A stretch of DNA of 64,000 nucleotides, taken from NCBI GenBank assembly GCA_012735195.1, contig JAAYIC010000077.1, forward strand, positions 10,471 through 74,470. The letters are read 5' to 3'. The notes under the pieces were generated by a model. It was not told where the DNA came from and ran no database searches. It saw nothing but the letters and a program-made list of their open reading frames with translations. Shown here piece after piece: positions 27,893 to 37,445 of the stretch. The position numbers and the translations under genes were made by a program. Positions within the stretch are counted from its first letter, which is position 1; each line of letters starts with the position of its first letter. The stretch is from Bacillota bacterium. Its GTDB lineage: Bacteria; Bacillota; UBA4882; UBA10575.

Positions 27893-27981
27893 AGCGCGTA
27901 TGCGTAGTGTATGCGTAAACTCGCATACCGAACCTGCATACGCGCTTCTGCATGCACGCGCGCTTCCATGTACACGCGCAA
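27893..27981. repeat. Degenerate ~11-18-nt tandem repeats rich in alternating purine-pyrimidine palindromes
   Basis: Minus strand: gcgcgtgtacatggaa / gcgcgcgtgcatgcagaa / gcgcgtatgcaggttcg / gtatgcgagtttac / gcatacactac / gcatacgcgc. Confidence 0.75.
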
Positions 27982-28027
27982 AGATTATCAGAACAGGATT
28001 GAGGCCTATAACTGCATCAAAATCCAA

Positions 28028-28672
28028 TTATTCAGTTCCCGCCAGGAAGTTCTTGACCTCATATTTCTGGGTCAACTCCTGGATCCAGGAAGTATATTCC
28101 GTCTGCATTTTTTGGGCGAATAAAAGGTCCGCAATTTTTTCCTTGTTTTCTTTGTAATCCCCGTTTATCTCTTCCTTGTTCTCTTCGAAATACTCCTTTA
28201 TCTCCTCTTCACTAACGGAAATCCGCGGTGTCAGCAGTTTTTTTACGGTAAGATCTTTAACCAGGTTCTTTTTGACTTCATCAATGGAATAGGGACTCGT
28301 CTCCAAAACCTGGGTAAATTCTTCTTTTCCGCCATAATACTCGTAGTAATCAGCCAATTCTTCCTCGATCTCTTCCTCCGAAACCACAATCTTCTCTTTC
28401 TTGGCTTCAAGGTCGATGAGTTTCTCAGCAATCAAAATGCTTAATCCTTGTTGTCCTGCTTGTTTTAGCAAAAGATCAGTCAACTGCTCCCTGGTGATTT
28501 TTTCTCCTTCCACCGTAGCCACCACATCCGGTACCCCGGTAGACCCGCCTTTATGGTTGACATTAGCATAAACAACCGCCAAACCGGAAACGACCAACAG
28601 GATAATTAAGCCGGTGGCAATACGCTGTTTCGTTCTTTTTTTTGCCGGGTTGAACTGCATTTTCCCAACCAC
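28028..28672 (-). CDS. SurA N-terminal-domain-like membrane-anchored chaperone-like protein
   Basis: 214 aa. TM anchor, then a helical acidic domain (VATVEGEKITREQLTDLL...) as in the PrsA/SurA N-terminal region. No PPIase motif seen. Start uncertain. Confidence 0.45.
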   Translation of the reverse strand: MVGKMQFNPAKKRTKQRIATGLIILLVVSGLAVVYANVNHKGGSTGVPDVVATVEGEKITREQLTDLLLKQAGQQGLSILIAEKLIDLEAKKEKIVVSEEEIEEELADYYEYYGGKEEFTQVLETSPYSIDEVKKNLVKDLTVKKLLTPRISVSEEEIKEYFEENKEEINGDYKENKEKIADLLFAQKMQTEYTSWIQELTQKYEVKNFLAGTE

Positions 28673-28776
28673 ACTCCTCTTTTTTATGTTAATTGTAATA
28701 ATTTAATACGTCGGCGGTGTGTCAAAGCCGGTAGTAAATAATAACGGGTTTTGCAGATTTGACCGTGCATGACCCG

Positions 28777-29481
28777 TCACCGCAGCCCATTTTTTCTACG
28801 GATACGAAGCTGATACCCTAATCCCCGCAAGGTCTTCAGCTCCCCTTCAGAAGCCGGCCAGTCCCGCAAGGCCTTTCTGAGCCTTTTCACAGCCAAATCC
28901 ACCGCCCGCTCACTCCCCTGATAATCAAGGCCCCAAACTTCTTCAATCAATTGCTTTCTGGTAAAGGTCTGATTGGGGTGACGGGCCAAAAAAAGCAATA
29001 AAGAGAGATCCCGGGGGATCAAGGGGAGTTCGACGCCATGCAGATAAACCGTTTGCGCTTGAAAATCGATTTTCAGGCTCCCATACTGCCTGGTCTCACC
29101 GGCAAAAATATGGACGGGACGCCTTAAAACCGCGTTGACCCGGGCTACCACCTCTTCGGCGGCAAACGGTTTGGCGATACAGTCGTCGGCGCCCTGATTC
29201 AGACTGGCCAACTTCTCTTCCATCTTTCCCGAAGGGGTCAACATAATCACCGGGCATGAACTCCGCTTCCGGATCTCTTTCAAAACCTGCCGGCCGTTTA
29301 TTCCCGGCAGCGTCGCATCGAGGATCACCAGGGCCGGGTTGAGCGTTGGAAATTTCCCCAAGGCCTCCTCCCCGTCAAAAACCTGTTCCACCCGGTACCC
29401 GGCATTATTGAGGCAGGCCTTTAAAGCCTGGGAAACAGGAGTTTCGTCCTCAACCACCAGAATTGTCTTCTCCCGACTCAT
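28777..29481 (-). CDS. OmpR-family response regulator (no cognate kinase in window)
   Basis: Receiver domain (ILVVEDE..., ILDATLPG, KP) plus winged helix (LTRKQLIEEVWG...RAVDLAVKRLRKAL...LRGLGYQL). Confidence 0.85.
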   Translation of the reverse strand: MSREKTILVVEDETPVSQALKACLNNAGYRVEQVFDGEEALGKFPTLNPALVILDATLPGINGRQVLKEIRKRSSCPVIMLTPSGKMEEKLASLNQGADDCIAKPFAAEEVVARVNAVLRRPVHIFAGETRQYGSLKIDFQAQTVYLHGVELPLIPRDLSLLLFLARHPNQTFTRKQLIEEVWGLDYQGSERAVDLAVKRLRKALRDWPASEGELKTLRGLGYQLRIRRKNGLR

Positions 29482-29695
29482 CGCTCCGCCTTAGCCTCCA
29501 TTCCCCATCCCAGGCCCTGTGTTTACCTTGAGTAATGGGAGATCCTCTCTCTCCAAAAATAGGTTTGCCCGGAAAAACCGGAATATACCGGGGTTTGCGC
29601 ACACAAAACCCATCCCGGAAAATAAAAAAACCGGAGGGACTGCTGTTTCCAGCGGCAGCCCATCCGGCAGGTCAGATCCGGCATCCTTAATGGTT

Positions 29696-30493
29696 TCAAT
29701 TCTTGCCGGCGTATAGAGCCGGGCCTTCTTTGAGGTATCTTTCTTCCTTTGCTGTTTGCGCCCGCGCCGTGTACCTCCCCGGCCATAAGGGGGATTCAGC
29801 GCCGGCCACTGACGGCAGGCAAAGATGCCAAAGCTCTTGAAAGCTTTGATCTTCGTTTTTAAGAACCGGCGCCAGTTTTTTACCATCGGTTTTTTTCAGT
29901 TCCACCTGCCTAAGGAAATGGCAGCGGGAACCATCGGAAAAGAGACCGGTATTCCGCTTCCTGTCATGCAACAGCCATTGTCTCTTCCCAAAACGCGCCT
30001 TATAATAAGGCGCAAGAAACGGGAGGATATTATAGTCCGGTTCCAATACCCCGTAATAGAGTCCGGACGGCAAACGGCGAAAACGCGTAATCTCCTGAAA
30101 ACGCCGGATTTCTCTGGCGACACGGCCGGCCAGTTTCCGCACGGTCTGAATCCGCCGGTCGGCAAAAACCTCCCGGGCGGAAACGGGTTTTTTTAATAAA
30201 AGCAGGAGGTAATGGAGGATCAGATCCTCAATCCCCGGTTCTTCCGTGAAGAAAGCATAGAGCAGATCCCGCAGAGCATGGGCGGGTAATTTGGCGGCCA
30301 GGGTTGTCCATAGTTCAGCCGCGGTCCGGAAAGATGAAGGGATTATTCGGTGTTCCGGGAAAAGCCCGGACTGGCGGCAGTTTTCCCGAAGAATGGAAAT
30401 GGCCGCCTGTTCGTCCCCTTCCCAGCAGCGGACTGCGGCAAAAAGGGCGCAAAGAAAACCGGTAAAAGTCTTGTCATAAAGATAGCAGATCAT
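29696..30493 (-). CDS. DUF4130/TIGR03915-like probable DNA metabolism protein
   Basis: MICYLYDKTFTGFLCALFAAV... is the typical N-terminus of this family. No radical-SAM partner gene adjacent. Confidence 0.45.
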   Translation of the reverse strand: MICYLYDKTFTGFLCALFAAVRCWEGDEQAAISILRENCRQSGLFPEHRIIPSSFRTAAELWTTLAAKLPAHALRDLLYAFFTEEPGIEDLILHYLLLLLKKPVSAREVFADRRIQTVRKLAGRVAREIRRFQEITRFRRLPSGLYYGVLEPDYNILPFLAPYYKARFGKRQWLLHDRKRNTGLFSDGSRCHFLRQVELKKTDGKKLAPVLKNEDQSFQELWHLCLPSVAGAESPLWPGRYTARAQTAKEERYLKEGPALYAGKN

Positions 30494-30638
30494 CGTAAGT
30501 CTCCCTCTTATCCCGCGTCTATGAGCGCATTGGTTACCGGTAGCGTATAAGTGAAAATCCCGTCTATTATAGCATAATAGAAACCCGATTTAAAGGCCGC
30601 CGGTGAAAAATCCTGCAGTGTAAAAAAACGGCAAGTTC

Positions 30639-31379
30639 TTAAAAACCAAATTCGATTACTCCCAAAGCGGCCAAAAGGGCCAGTAAAACCGGTTGGTGCA
30701 GGAGGTAAATAACCAGTGAATGCCGGCCTAAAAACATGACCCCGCGCAACAACGGAAACCTTGGGGAAGCAGGGAAGGGGAAACGGCGCTGTCCGGAAGG
30801 ATAGAGAAGGCCGCCCAAGAAGATACCAAGAAGAAACAGGCCAAACCAGGGGAGAAGCGGGAAGTAATCAACGGTATAGAACTGTTTCGGAACGAAGCCC
30901 AACCAGAGTAACCAGGGAAAAGGAAAAGTGAAATTCTCCAGGTAATTCCCGGCAACAAGGCAAAGAACCCCCACAGGTAAAGCCCACAATTGCCGTTTTA
31001 GAAAGGGAAAGGCTAAAATAATCGAGATTCCGATGCAATGGAGAACACCAAAAATGACAAAATCTTCCGGGAGAAAAAACCAGGTGACGACAGTGATAAC
31101 CATTCCCCAGGCAAAGATCTTTCCCCCTCTGCGAAAAATACGCCAAAAACTCCGGTCGTCCGCCCTGGCGTAACTCAGGGTCATGGCGATCCCCGCGATC
31201 AAGAAAAAAAGTCCTGCCGTGGTCTGCTGAAAATAGGACCAGAACCCGGCATCCAAAACGTACGGGTAGTCACCGAAAAACATCAAGTTAAAAAGGATGT
31301 GAAAAGTGATCATCATCATTACCGCAAGGCCGCGGAGGAGGTCAATCTCCCAAAAACGCTGTGAACTGTTTTTCCGCAA
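30639..31379 (-). CDS. DUF1624 (heparan-alpha-glucosaminide N-acetyltransferase-like) membrane protein
   Basis: RFWEIDLLRGLAVMMMITFHILFNL start; polytopic, 246 aa. Confidence 0.65.
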   Translation of the reverse strand: MRKNSSQRFWEIDLLRGLAVMMMITFHILFNLMFFGDYPYVLDAGFWSYFQQTTAGLFFLIAGIAMTLSYARADDRSFWRIFRRGGKIFAWGMVITVVTWFFLPEDFVIFGVLHCIGISIILAFPFLKRQLWALPVGVLCLVAGNYLENFTFPFPWLLWLGFVPKQFYTVDYFPLLPWFGLFLLGIFLGGLLYPSGQRRFPFPASPRFPLLRGVMFLGRHSLVIYLLHQPVLLALLAALGVIEFGF

Positions 31380-31535
31380 ACGCCTTCCCCCCTTCTCCTT
31401 CTGTGCACAGTTGCCTGCTGTGCGTAGTTGCCATACATGTCTGATCCGTTCTTTTCTCTGTGTGTACCGGGCGCGCCCCTTATTACTTCTTCTATTCTTG
31501 ATTAAAAAAGAGTTTCCTTTTTCCTACCGTCATTT

Positions 31536-31955
31536 GCGTGCATGCATGCGAAAAACATGAAGCGACACCTCGCACCTCAACGTATATAAAACATCGCCAT
31601 CTACACGCCCACGTGCGAAAAACATGGTTATTCCCTATGTCCGGGTTCTTCGGCCGGGGTTCGCCATTTACGCGTGCCCTACGAAAAACATGAGTTTACG
31701 CCAAAGGGCTCCCTTCCGGCCTGGGCTGGTATATACGCGCGTGCGCGCGTAAGGAAAACAGAACATCGCTCTTGTTTTTCAATAAACCAAATGACGCCGC
31801 TGTTTACCGCACATAAGGAAAACACTGAAAGCGGCTACATCTTCATCTCGCGGTTTTGAGATGTTGCCATATGCGCGCGCAAGGAAAACAAGCCGGTTTG
31901 AGGGTGCAGGAACGCAGTAGTTTGGCGCTTTGCGCGCATGAAAGGAAAACAGGGG
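31536..31955. repeat. Seven-copy degenerate periodic array (period 61-70 bp)
   Basis: Core CGAAAAACATG at 31549, 31616 and 31682. Core AAGGAAAACA at 31751, 31815, 31881 and 31942. Each core is preceded by an alternating R-Y tract (for example 31729-31751, gtatatacgcgcgtgcgcgcgta). Confidence 0.8.
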
Positions 31956-32032
31956 TTGCTTTTTCCCCGCACCCGGTCATATTATTAAAAGGTAACTAAA
32001 ATATCAAGGAATTATAATGAGGGGTGTTCAAA

Positions 32033-33148
32033 ATGAAAGATCCACGCCTGGCCAAACTGGCGGAGAATTTAATTACCTATTCTGTACAACTGCAACCGGG
32101 AGAAAAGATCCTTTTGGAAATAATCGGTGACGCACAGCCACTCGCGGCGGAATTGATAAAAACGGTTTACACTGCCGGAGGCTTGCCCTTTATCAAACTG
32201 GCCCATCCCAGTCTCAACCGGGAATTATTGAAGAAGGCCTCTGCCGGGCAATTGCAGGCCCTGGCGGAGTGGGACCGGTTGCAAATGAGCGCGATGCAGG
32301 CTTATATCGGGGTCCGCGCCGGAGAGAACACCAGTGAATTTGCGGACCTGCCCGGTGAGAAATTGTCGCTTTATCAAAAAGAGTATATCCTTCCGGTACA
32401 TATGGAGGTCCGGGTGCCGTCCACCAAGTGGTGCATCCTTCGTTATCCCAATGCCTCCATGGCGCAGTTGGCCAATATGAGTATTGAAGGTTTTGAAGAC
32501 TTCTACTTCAACGTCTGTAACCTGGACTATGCAAAATTCTCCAAAGCCATGGAGCCTCTGGTGGAGTTGATGGAAGCCACCGACCGGGTACGGATTACCG
32601 GTAAAGATACCGATCTTACCTTTTCCATCAAAGGGCTTCCCGCCATCAAATGCGACGGCCATAGGAATATCCCCGACGGAGAGGTCTTTACCGCCCCGGT
32701 CAGGGAGTCGGTGAACGGGGTGATCACCTTCAACACCCCCGCCCTCTACGAAGGTTTTACCTTTGAAGGGATCCGGCTGGAGTTCAGGGACGGGAGGATT
32801 GTGAAGGCCGCCGCCAACGACCAGAAGCGCCTCGAACGGATCCTCGATACGGACGAAGGCGCCCGGTATGTCGGCGAATTTGCCCTGGGCCTTAACCCGT
32901 ATATCCTCAACCCGATGAAGGATACGCTTTTTGATGAAAAAATAAACGGCAGTTTCCACTTTACCCCCGGTTCCTGCTATGACGAATGCGATAACGGCAA
33001 CAAATCGGCGATCCACTGGGACTTGGTCTTTATCCAACGACCTGAATTCGGAGGCGGGGAAATCTACTTCAACGACCGGTTAATCAGAAAAGACGGGCGT
33101 TTTGTCCTTCCGGCCCTTGAACCACTGAACCCGGAAAATCTGGTGTAA
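32033..33148 (+). CDS. Aminopeptidase, M29 (AmpS/PepS) family
   Basis: MKDPRLAKLAENLITYSV..., with NIPDGEVFTAP, GEFALGLNP and IHWDLV blocks typical of M29 thermophilic aminopeptidases. Confidence 0.8.
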   Translation: MKDPRLAKLAENLITYSVQLQPGEKILLEIIGDAQPLAAELIKTVYTAGGLPFIKLAHPSLNRELLKKASAGQLQALAEWDRLQMSAMQAYIGVRAGENTSEFADLPGEKLSLYQKEYILPVHMEVRVPSTKWCILRYPNASMAQLANMSIEGFEDFYFNVCNLDYAKFSKAMEPLVELMEATDRVRITGKDTDLTFSIKGLPAIKCDGHRNIPDGEVFTAPVRESVNGVITFNTPALYEGFTFEGIRLEFRDGRIVKAAANDQKRLERILDTDEGARYVGEFALGLNPYILNPMKDTLFDEKINGSFHFTPGSCYDECDNGNKSAIHWDLVFIQRPEFGGGEIYFNDRLIRKDGRFVLPALEPLNPENLV

Positions 33149-33352
33149 TAATTTCCAAAAAATGGCGACAAAGAGAGCATGACGGCAAAGATCAATAAAA
33201 TAATAACATAATTTTCGCTTCTCCGGTCTCCCGTCTCTTTTGCCAAGTCATTTTTTGCAATATAATAGATTATAATATCAACCAATAGTATTATATTAGA
33301 CCAAGCATAGCGCAGGAATTACCAATGAATATCGTTGCAGTTGGGTGATGAA

Positions 33353-36300
33353 ATGGAAAAAACAGTTGTTGCCGGAGAAAAAACGAATCTTAACGGGTTC
33401 GCGCCTGCCTTCCCGTTCCCATCCGAAGTTACAACAGGCGAAAAAGGGGCTTCCGCTCCCCTGAGCAACCTGCAGCAAATTCCGCCGATCGAAACCGGGA
33501 GGTACCTCACGTATATCAGAAACCGTCAGGTCGCCTCCTGGGAGGATATCCCCCGGACAGTAAGAAGAGAGGTCCTCCTCCGGGCCTGCCGGGAACGGGG
33601 GCGCAGTCACCCGCTGCTGATGACTTTTGAAGATTTTGCCCGCCCTTTCCGGTTTTTGAAGAACAAAACCCTGACCGGTTTTTATAACTTCTATAACAAC
33701 CTATGCCGGGGTCCCCGCGGCATGGTTATTAGATATATCTGTGAGGATCTGAATATTGAGACCGCCATGGAAGACTGGATCGCTTATCTCACCGCCGGCG
33801 CCACCGTGCCTTCATGGCAGATCCTTCCGGAACAAGTTCTGAAAGACCTGCTGATCATGGCCGCCGCCGCCCTGGGCTACAGTAATCCCCGGATGATGTC
33901 AACGGAGGATCTGAAGACCGGGATCGACTTCTTGCAGGGTCTTTCCTTGTATAGTTTTATCATCCGTTATGCCGGCAATACCACCGCGGATCTCCGGGCC
34001 TTGGACCGCCTCTGCGACGAATATGGGATCCCGCCCCTTTCTTTTACGGAATGGCTCGTCCTTGCCGGGCGCCCCAATTTCCGCTGGCAACGGTTTCCCC
34101 CTCCGTATTTACACCGTTTGTTATACCTCCTGGCAGAAGAGGCCGGAAAAGGTACCCCACGGATGCTGAAGTATAAAGATTTTTGCCGGCCGCTGGCCGC
34201 CCTGAACAACCGGGACCTTACCGGTTTGTACCACTGCTACTCCCGGTTAAAAAAGGATAAAAACATCAGCACCGTGGAGTTTATCTGCGATACGGCCGGC
34301 ATCCCCGGTTATAACCTGTCGCAATGGCTGGCAACCGGCGCCCCCGGCTCCCGCATCTCCTGGGAATCCCTTTCTCCCCAGTTAATAAAGGAGGCTCTTT
34401 GGAAGGCCGCGGGGGAATTAGGGTTAAAAAACCCGCGTTTAATGGATTCCACCGACTTCTTCCGGCGATTTTCTTTTTTAAACGGAAAAACCCTTTCCGG
34501 GCTGTACGCCCGGATCAAAACCTACCCCAACTTCTGGGATATGTTTGGGATCGAACGGCCAAGCATTGAGGATTGGTTGGAACTGATTTGTTCCTCCCCC
34601 CAAATACGCTGGGAGAAAGTCCCCGTAAAGATCCAGCGGGAGATTATCCTCAAAGCCGCAGCAGAAGCCGGCCTGCCGCATCCCGGTTCGTTAAAGGCCC
34701 GTGATTTTATCGCCAGACCTTTCCAATTTTTGGGCGGCAAAAACCTGAGCGGCCTCTATTTTCATTATGCGGCAAAGAAAAAACAAAACACCCTTTCCGT
34801 ACCTGAGTATATCCTGAGTAGCCTGCAAATCCCGTCAGCCGGGATTAACCTGAAAACCGGCAGGATAAATACGATCGACAGCCTGAACCACCGGAAGTAT
34901 TTTGACAGCAAAGCCAATTGCCGGGCCTTTCTCAACTCCTATCTGCAACACTTTTCCCTGAAAAGCCTGGTTAAAAAGGATTCCATGCTCCGTAACGCCA
35001 AAAAAGCCGGTATCTACAAAAAAGGCCTTCTCTCCCTGGTAGGTCCCATGAATCAAAGAGAATACCTGGATTTTCTTTATGAATTACTAAAAAACACGCC
35101 CCTGGATGCTTTGGGCCTGCCGGAACCCGGCCGCGGTGATTACCGGCTGTTACGAAACCATCTCTATGCTTTGGCGGGAATTAAGGAACAAGAAGAAAAA
35201 GAGGAAAAAGCAAAGAGGATCCCCCCGGCCGGCCCTAGCCCGGTAAAAATGCGAACAAAAGCGGCTGTCCTGCGTGAACTCCAGCAGCACAGGGAGATTC
35301 TCGCCTTGAAAGAAAAGAAATACCACCGGGTTGATTGTGTCTGTCTTTCTACCGACGGGAACGAGGCGGTTTTCCGGGTACCCGCCCCCTTTTTGCCCGG
35401 CGACATTTTAACCGCCCCCGACGGTGAAGAGTTCAGAGTGGGCGAATGCCATCCGGAAACCTCCGGTGACGGGTATGTCATTGAAGTGGAAGCGGTTTTG
35501 CCGCTCCCGGCGGAAAAAATCGCCGGCATCCAAAGGCTGGTGAAAGATTCCAACGAGGCGATCCTCGGCGCCCACCTGGAAAAATTGGCGGAACAGGTGG
35601 AAAACGGGACAGTTTCGCCCCTGCTCGCCGGGGTTTTAGGGTTGCGTAAAGAAAAACTGCTTAACCCGGAACGGCTACAGATCATCCCAAAAAGGGCTTA
35701 CTTTAATAAAGGCCTTGCCAAAAATAAAGCACAGACCGAAGCATTGAACCTGGCTTTGGCCCTTGACGGCGACACCCATACCCTGGTTGTGGTTCAGGGC
35801 TCGCCGGGTACCGGGAAAACCACTTTAATTACGGAGATTGCCCTCCAGTCTTATCTCAAGGGGGAGAATATCCTGATCCTGGCCAAGACCAACGTGGCGG
35901 TGGATAACATCCTGGAGAAGCTGATGGATAAAAAGATCCGTGTTTTACGTTCCGGCAATAATCTGCACTGGAAGTCCAACCTCCCCGGTGTACATACGGT
36001 TTCCACAGCCAACTCCCTCCACCTGGCTGCCATGGAAAGAGGGAATAAAGTCATTCTCGGCACGCCCCTCGGGTTCTACCTGGACCGGAACCTCCCACCG
36101 GCCGAGTATGACCTCCTGATTATTGACGAGGCCTCCCAGATGGATATCCCGGAAACCCTTTTTTCGCTGGGTTTTGCCAAAAAATGTGTTATGATCGGCG
36201 ATCACCTGCAGATCCCCCCCTACCCGATCGCCCAGGAAATCCTGGCGGAATATAACTCCCGGCTCACCCCGGCCGAAAAGGAAAAACTCCAGATGAGCCT

Positions 36301-37018
36301 TTTTGAACGGCTCATTGCCGACGGGAACAGGTTTAACCGGGTCTTCCTTGATATTAATTACCGCACCGCCCACCCGGAGATGGTCTCCTTTATCTCCGAC
36401 CTGATCTACGACGGCCGGCTCTCGCCCAATACCGATTCGGATTATTACAAACTCTCGCCGGCCGGCCGGAGAAAATTCTTCCCTTATCCCGTTGAGATCG
36501 TTGATACCGCCGGGATCTCCGACCCTAAACTGCGGGCGGAGACGGAGATTAATTCCACCTATTACAATCTGACCGAGGCCATGCTCTGTGTCCGCCAGGT
36601 CCTGAACCTGCTGGAAAACGGCGAAAAATTAACGGATATCGCTGTGATCACCCCCTACAAAGCCCAGGTGGAAAAGGTTAAAGAGATGTTCAGGGAGAAT
36701 TTTAACTACTTCTCCGTGGCAGAAAGCGCCTTCCAGGAGTTCATCGAGAACAGGATCTACACCATCGATTCCTTTCAAGGCCGGGAAGAAGAGATCGTCA
36801 TTATCAGCTGGGTACGGAGTAACTACGAGCCCGGTCAACCCCGGAAAACCGGCTTTTTAAAGGACTTCCGCCGGGTGAACGTCTCCCTTTCCCGGGCGAG
36901 AAAAAAAATGATCCTGATCGGAGATTATGAAACCCTGACCAATTCGGATAATCTTGTTGTCCGTTACATCTTCCGCCAGATCAAGAACCTCCGGGCGGAA
37001 CAGAAGATTGTTTTGTAA
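33353..37018 (+). CDS. Large SF1 (Upf1/DNA2/NAM7-like, AAA_11/AAA_12) helicase with five N-terminal ~90-aa tandem repeats
   Basis: Helicase motifs VVVQGSPGTGKTT (Walker A, ~35798-35824), LIIDEASQM, INYRTAHP, VITPYKAQV, TIDSFQGREEEIVIISWVRSN and RVNVSLSRARKKMILIGD. The N-terminal repeats are anchored by W at approx. aa 69/161/251/343/426 of the track ORF. Start codon uncertain (TTG 33335 or ATG 33353). Confidence 0.8.
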   Translation: MEKTVVAGEKTNLNGFAPAFPFPSEVTTGEKGASAPLSNLQQIPPIETGRYLTYIRNRQVASWEDIPRTVRREVLLRACRERGRSHPLLMTFEDFARPFRFLKNKTLTGFYNFYNNLCRGPRGMVIRYICEDLNIETAMEDWIAYLTAGATVPSWQILPEQVLKDLLIMAAAALGYSNPRMMSTEDLKTGIDFLQGLSLYSFIIRYAGNTTADLRALDRLCDEYGIPPLSFTEWLVLAGRPNFRWQRFPPPYLHRLLYLLAEEAGKGTPRMLKYKDFCRPLAALNNRDLTGLYHCYSRLKKDKNISTVEFICDTAGIPGYNLSQWLATGAPGSRISWESLSPQLIKEALWKAAGELGLKNPRLMDSTDFFRRFSFLNGKTLSGLYARIKTYPNFWDMFGIERPSIEDWLELICSSPQIRWEKVPVKIQREIILKAAAEAGLPHPGSLKARDFIARPFQFLGGKNLSGLYFHYAAKKKQNTLSVPEYILSSLQIPSAGINLKTGRINTIDSLNHRKYFDSKANCRAFLNSYLQHFSLKSLVKKDSMLRNAKKAGIYKKGLLSLVGPMNQREYLDFLYELLKNTPLDALGLPEPGRGDYRLLRNHLYALAGIKEQEEKEEKAKRIPPAGPSPVKMRTKAAVLRELQQHREILALKEKKYHRVDCVCLSTDGNEAVFRVPAPFLPGDILTAPDGEEFRVGECHPETSGDGYVIEVEAVLPLPAEKIAGIQRLVKDSNEAILGAHLEKLAEQVENGTVSPLLAGVLGLRKEKLLNPERLQIIPKRAYFNKGLAKNKAQTEALNLALALDGDTHTLVVVQGSPGTGKTTLITEIALQSYLKGENILILAKTNVAVDNILEKLMDKKIRVLRSGNNLHWKSNLPGVHTVSTANSLHLAAMERGNKVILGTPLGFYLDRNLPPAEYDLLIIDEASQMDIPETLFSLGFAKKCVMIGDHLQIPPYPIAQEILAEYNSRLTPAEKEKLQMSLFERLIADGNRFNRVFLDINYRTAHPEMVSFISDLIYDGRLSPNTDSDYYKLSPAGRRKFFPYPVEIVDTAGISDPKLRAETEINSTYYNLTEAMLCVRQVLNLLENGEKLTDIAVITPYKAQVEKVKEMFRENFNYFSVAESAFQEFIENRIYTIDSFQGREEEIVIISWVRSNYEPGQPRKTGFLKDFRRVNVSLSRARKKMILIGDYETLTNSDNLVVRYIFRQIKNLRAEQKIVL

Positions 37019-37445
37019 ACAGCCGCATTTCCGGCACTCCCCTGCATATCCCCGGCTCATCCCTTCTTCCCCCCGGTTCGTGTAATGAAAGTGAGGAGAT
37101 TCCGTCTTCCACCGTACCGGAAATGACCGGTGTATCCGGGAAGGGGCCAAGCCTGCTCCTTTTTCTGCCGGCCCTATCCGGGAAAATCCGGGATGAAGAC
37201 TTTGCGCGTGCCTGCTAACGGCCTAAAGCGAAGCCCCTTTGCCCCGGGTTCTTCCCGGTCGGAACAGCGGCGGGCGGTGAAAGAGAGCCGGATCATTATC
37301 AATACCTTAACCGGTGAGGTTATTTGCTTATAACAAATTCTGTGGTAAAATGACAGTTAGTGGCTTGGCGTGCGTTGGCCGCAAAGTACAACGCCGGGCA
37401 AGTTTTCACTGGAGAAATTTCTGCTGGAGGTAGGAGGGATATTTT

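Noticed and set aside
29491-29886. 131-aa and 87-aa minus-strand ORFs overlapping the 3' end of the DUF4130 gene (possible frameshift)
   Set aside because: I checked all three frames. The annotated frame keeps a plausible family-like C-terminus (...FQELW...ERYLKE), and the alternatives are Arg/Lys-rich nonsense. There is no compelling evidence for a frameshift.
31674-31859. 61-aa plus-strand ORF inside the periodic array
   Set aside because: It reads across repeat units, has no RBS, and its repetitive peptide (YEKHEF / RKTEHRS / HKENTES) simply reflects the DNA repeat.
31536-31955. Possible CRISPR array (repeat ~30 nt / spacer ~35 nt geometry, seven units)
   Set aside because: The units share only a 10-11-nt exact core and otherwise differ at many positions. 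There are two sub-families of core, no cas genes in 64 kb, and no leader-like polarity. It is reported as a degenerate periodic repeat instead.
32225-33037. 270-aa minus-strand ORF
   Set aside because: It lies entirely antisense to the M29 aminopeptidase gene and has no recognisable motifs.
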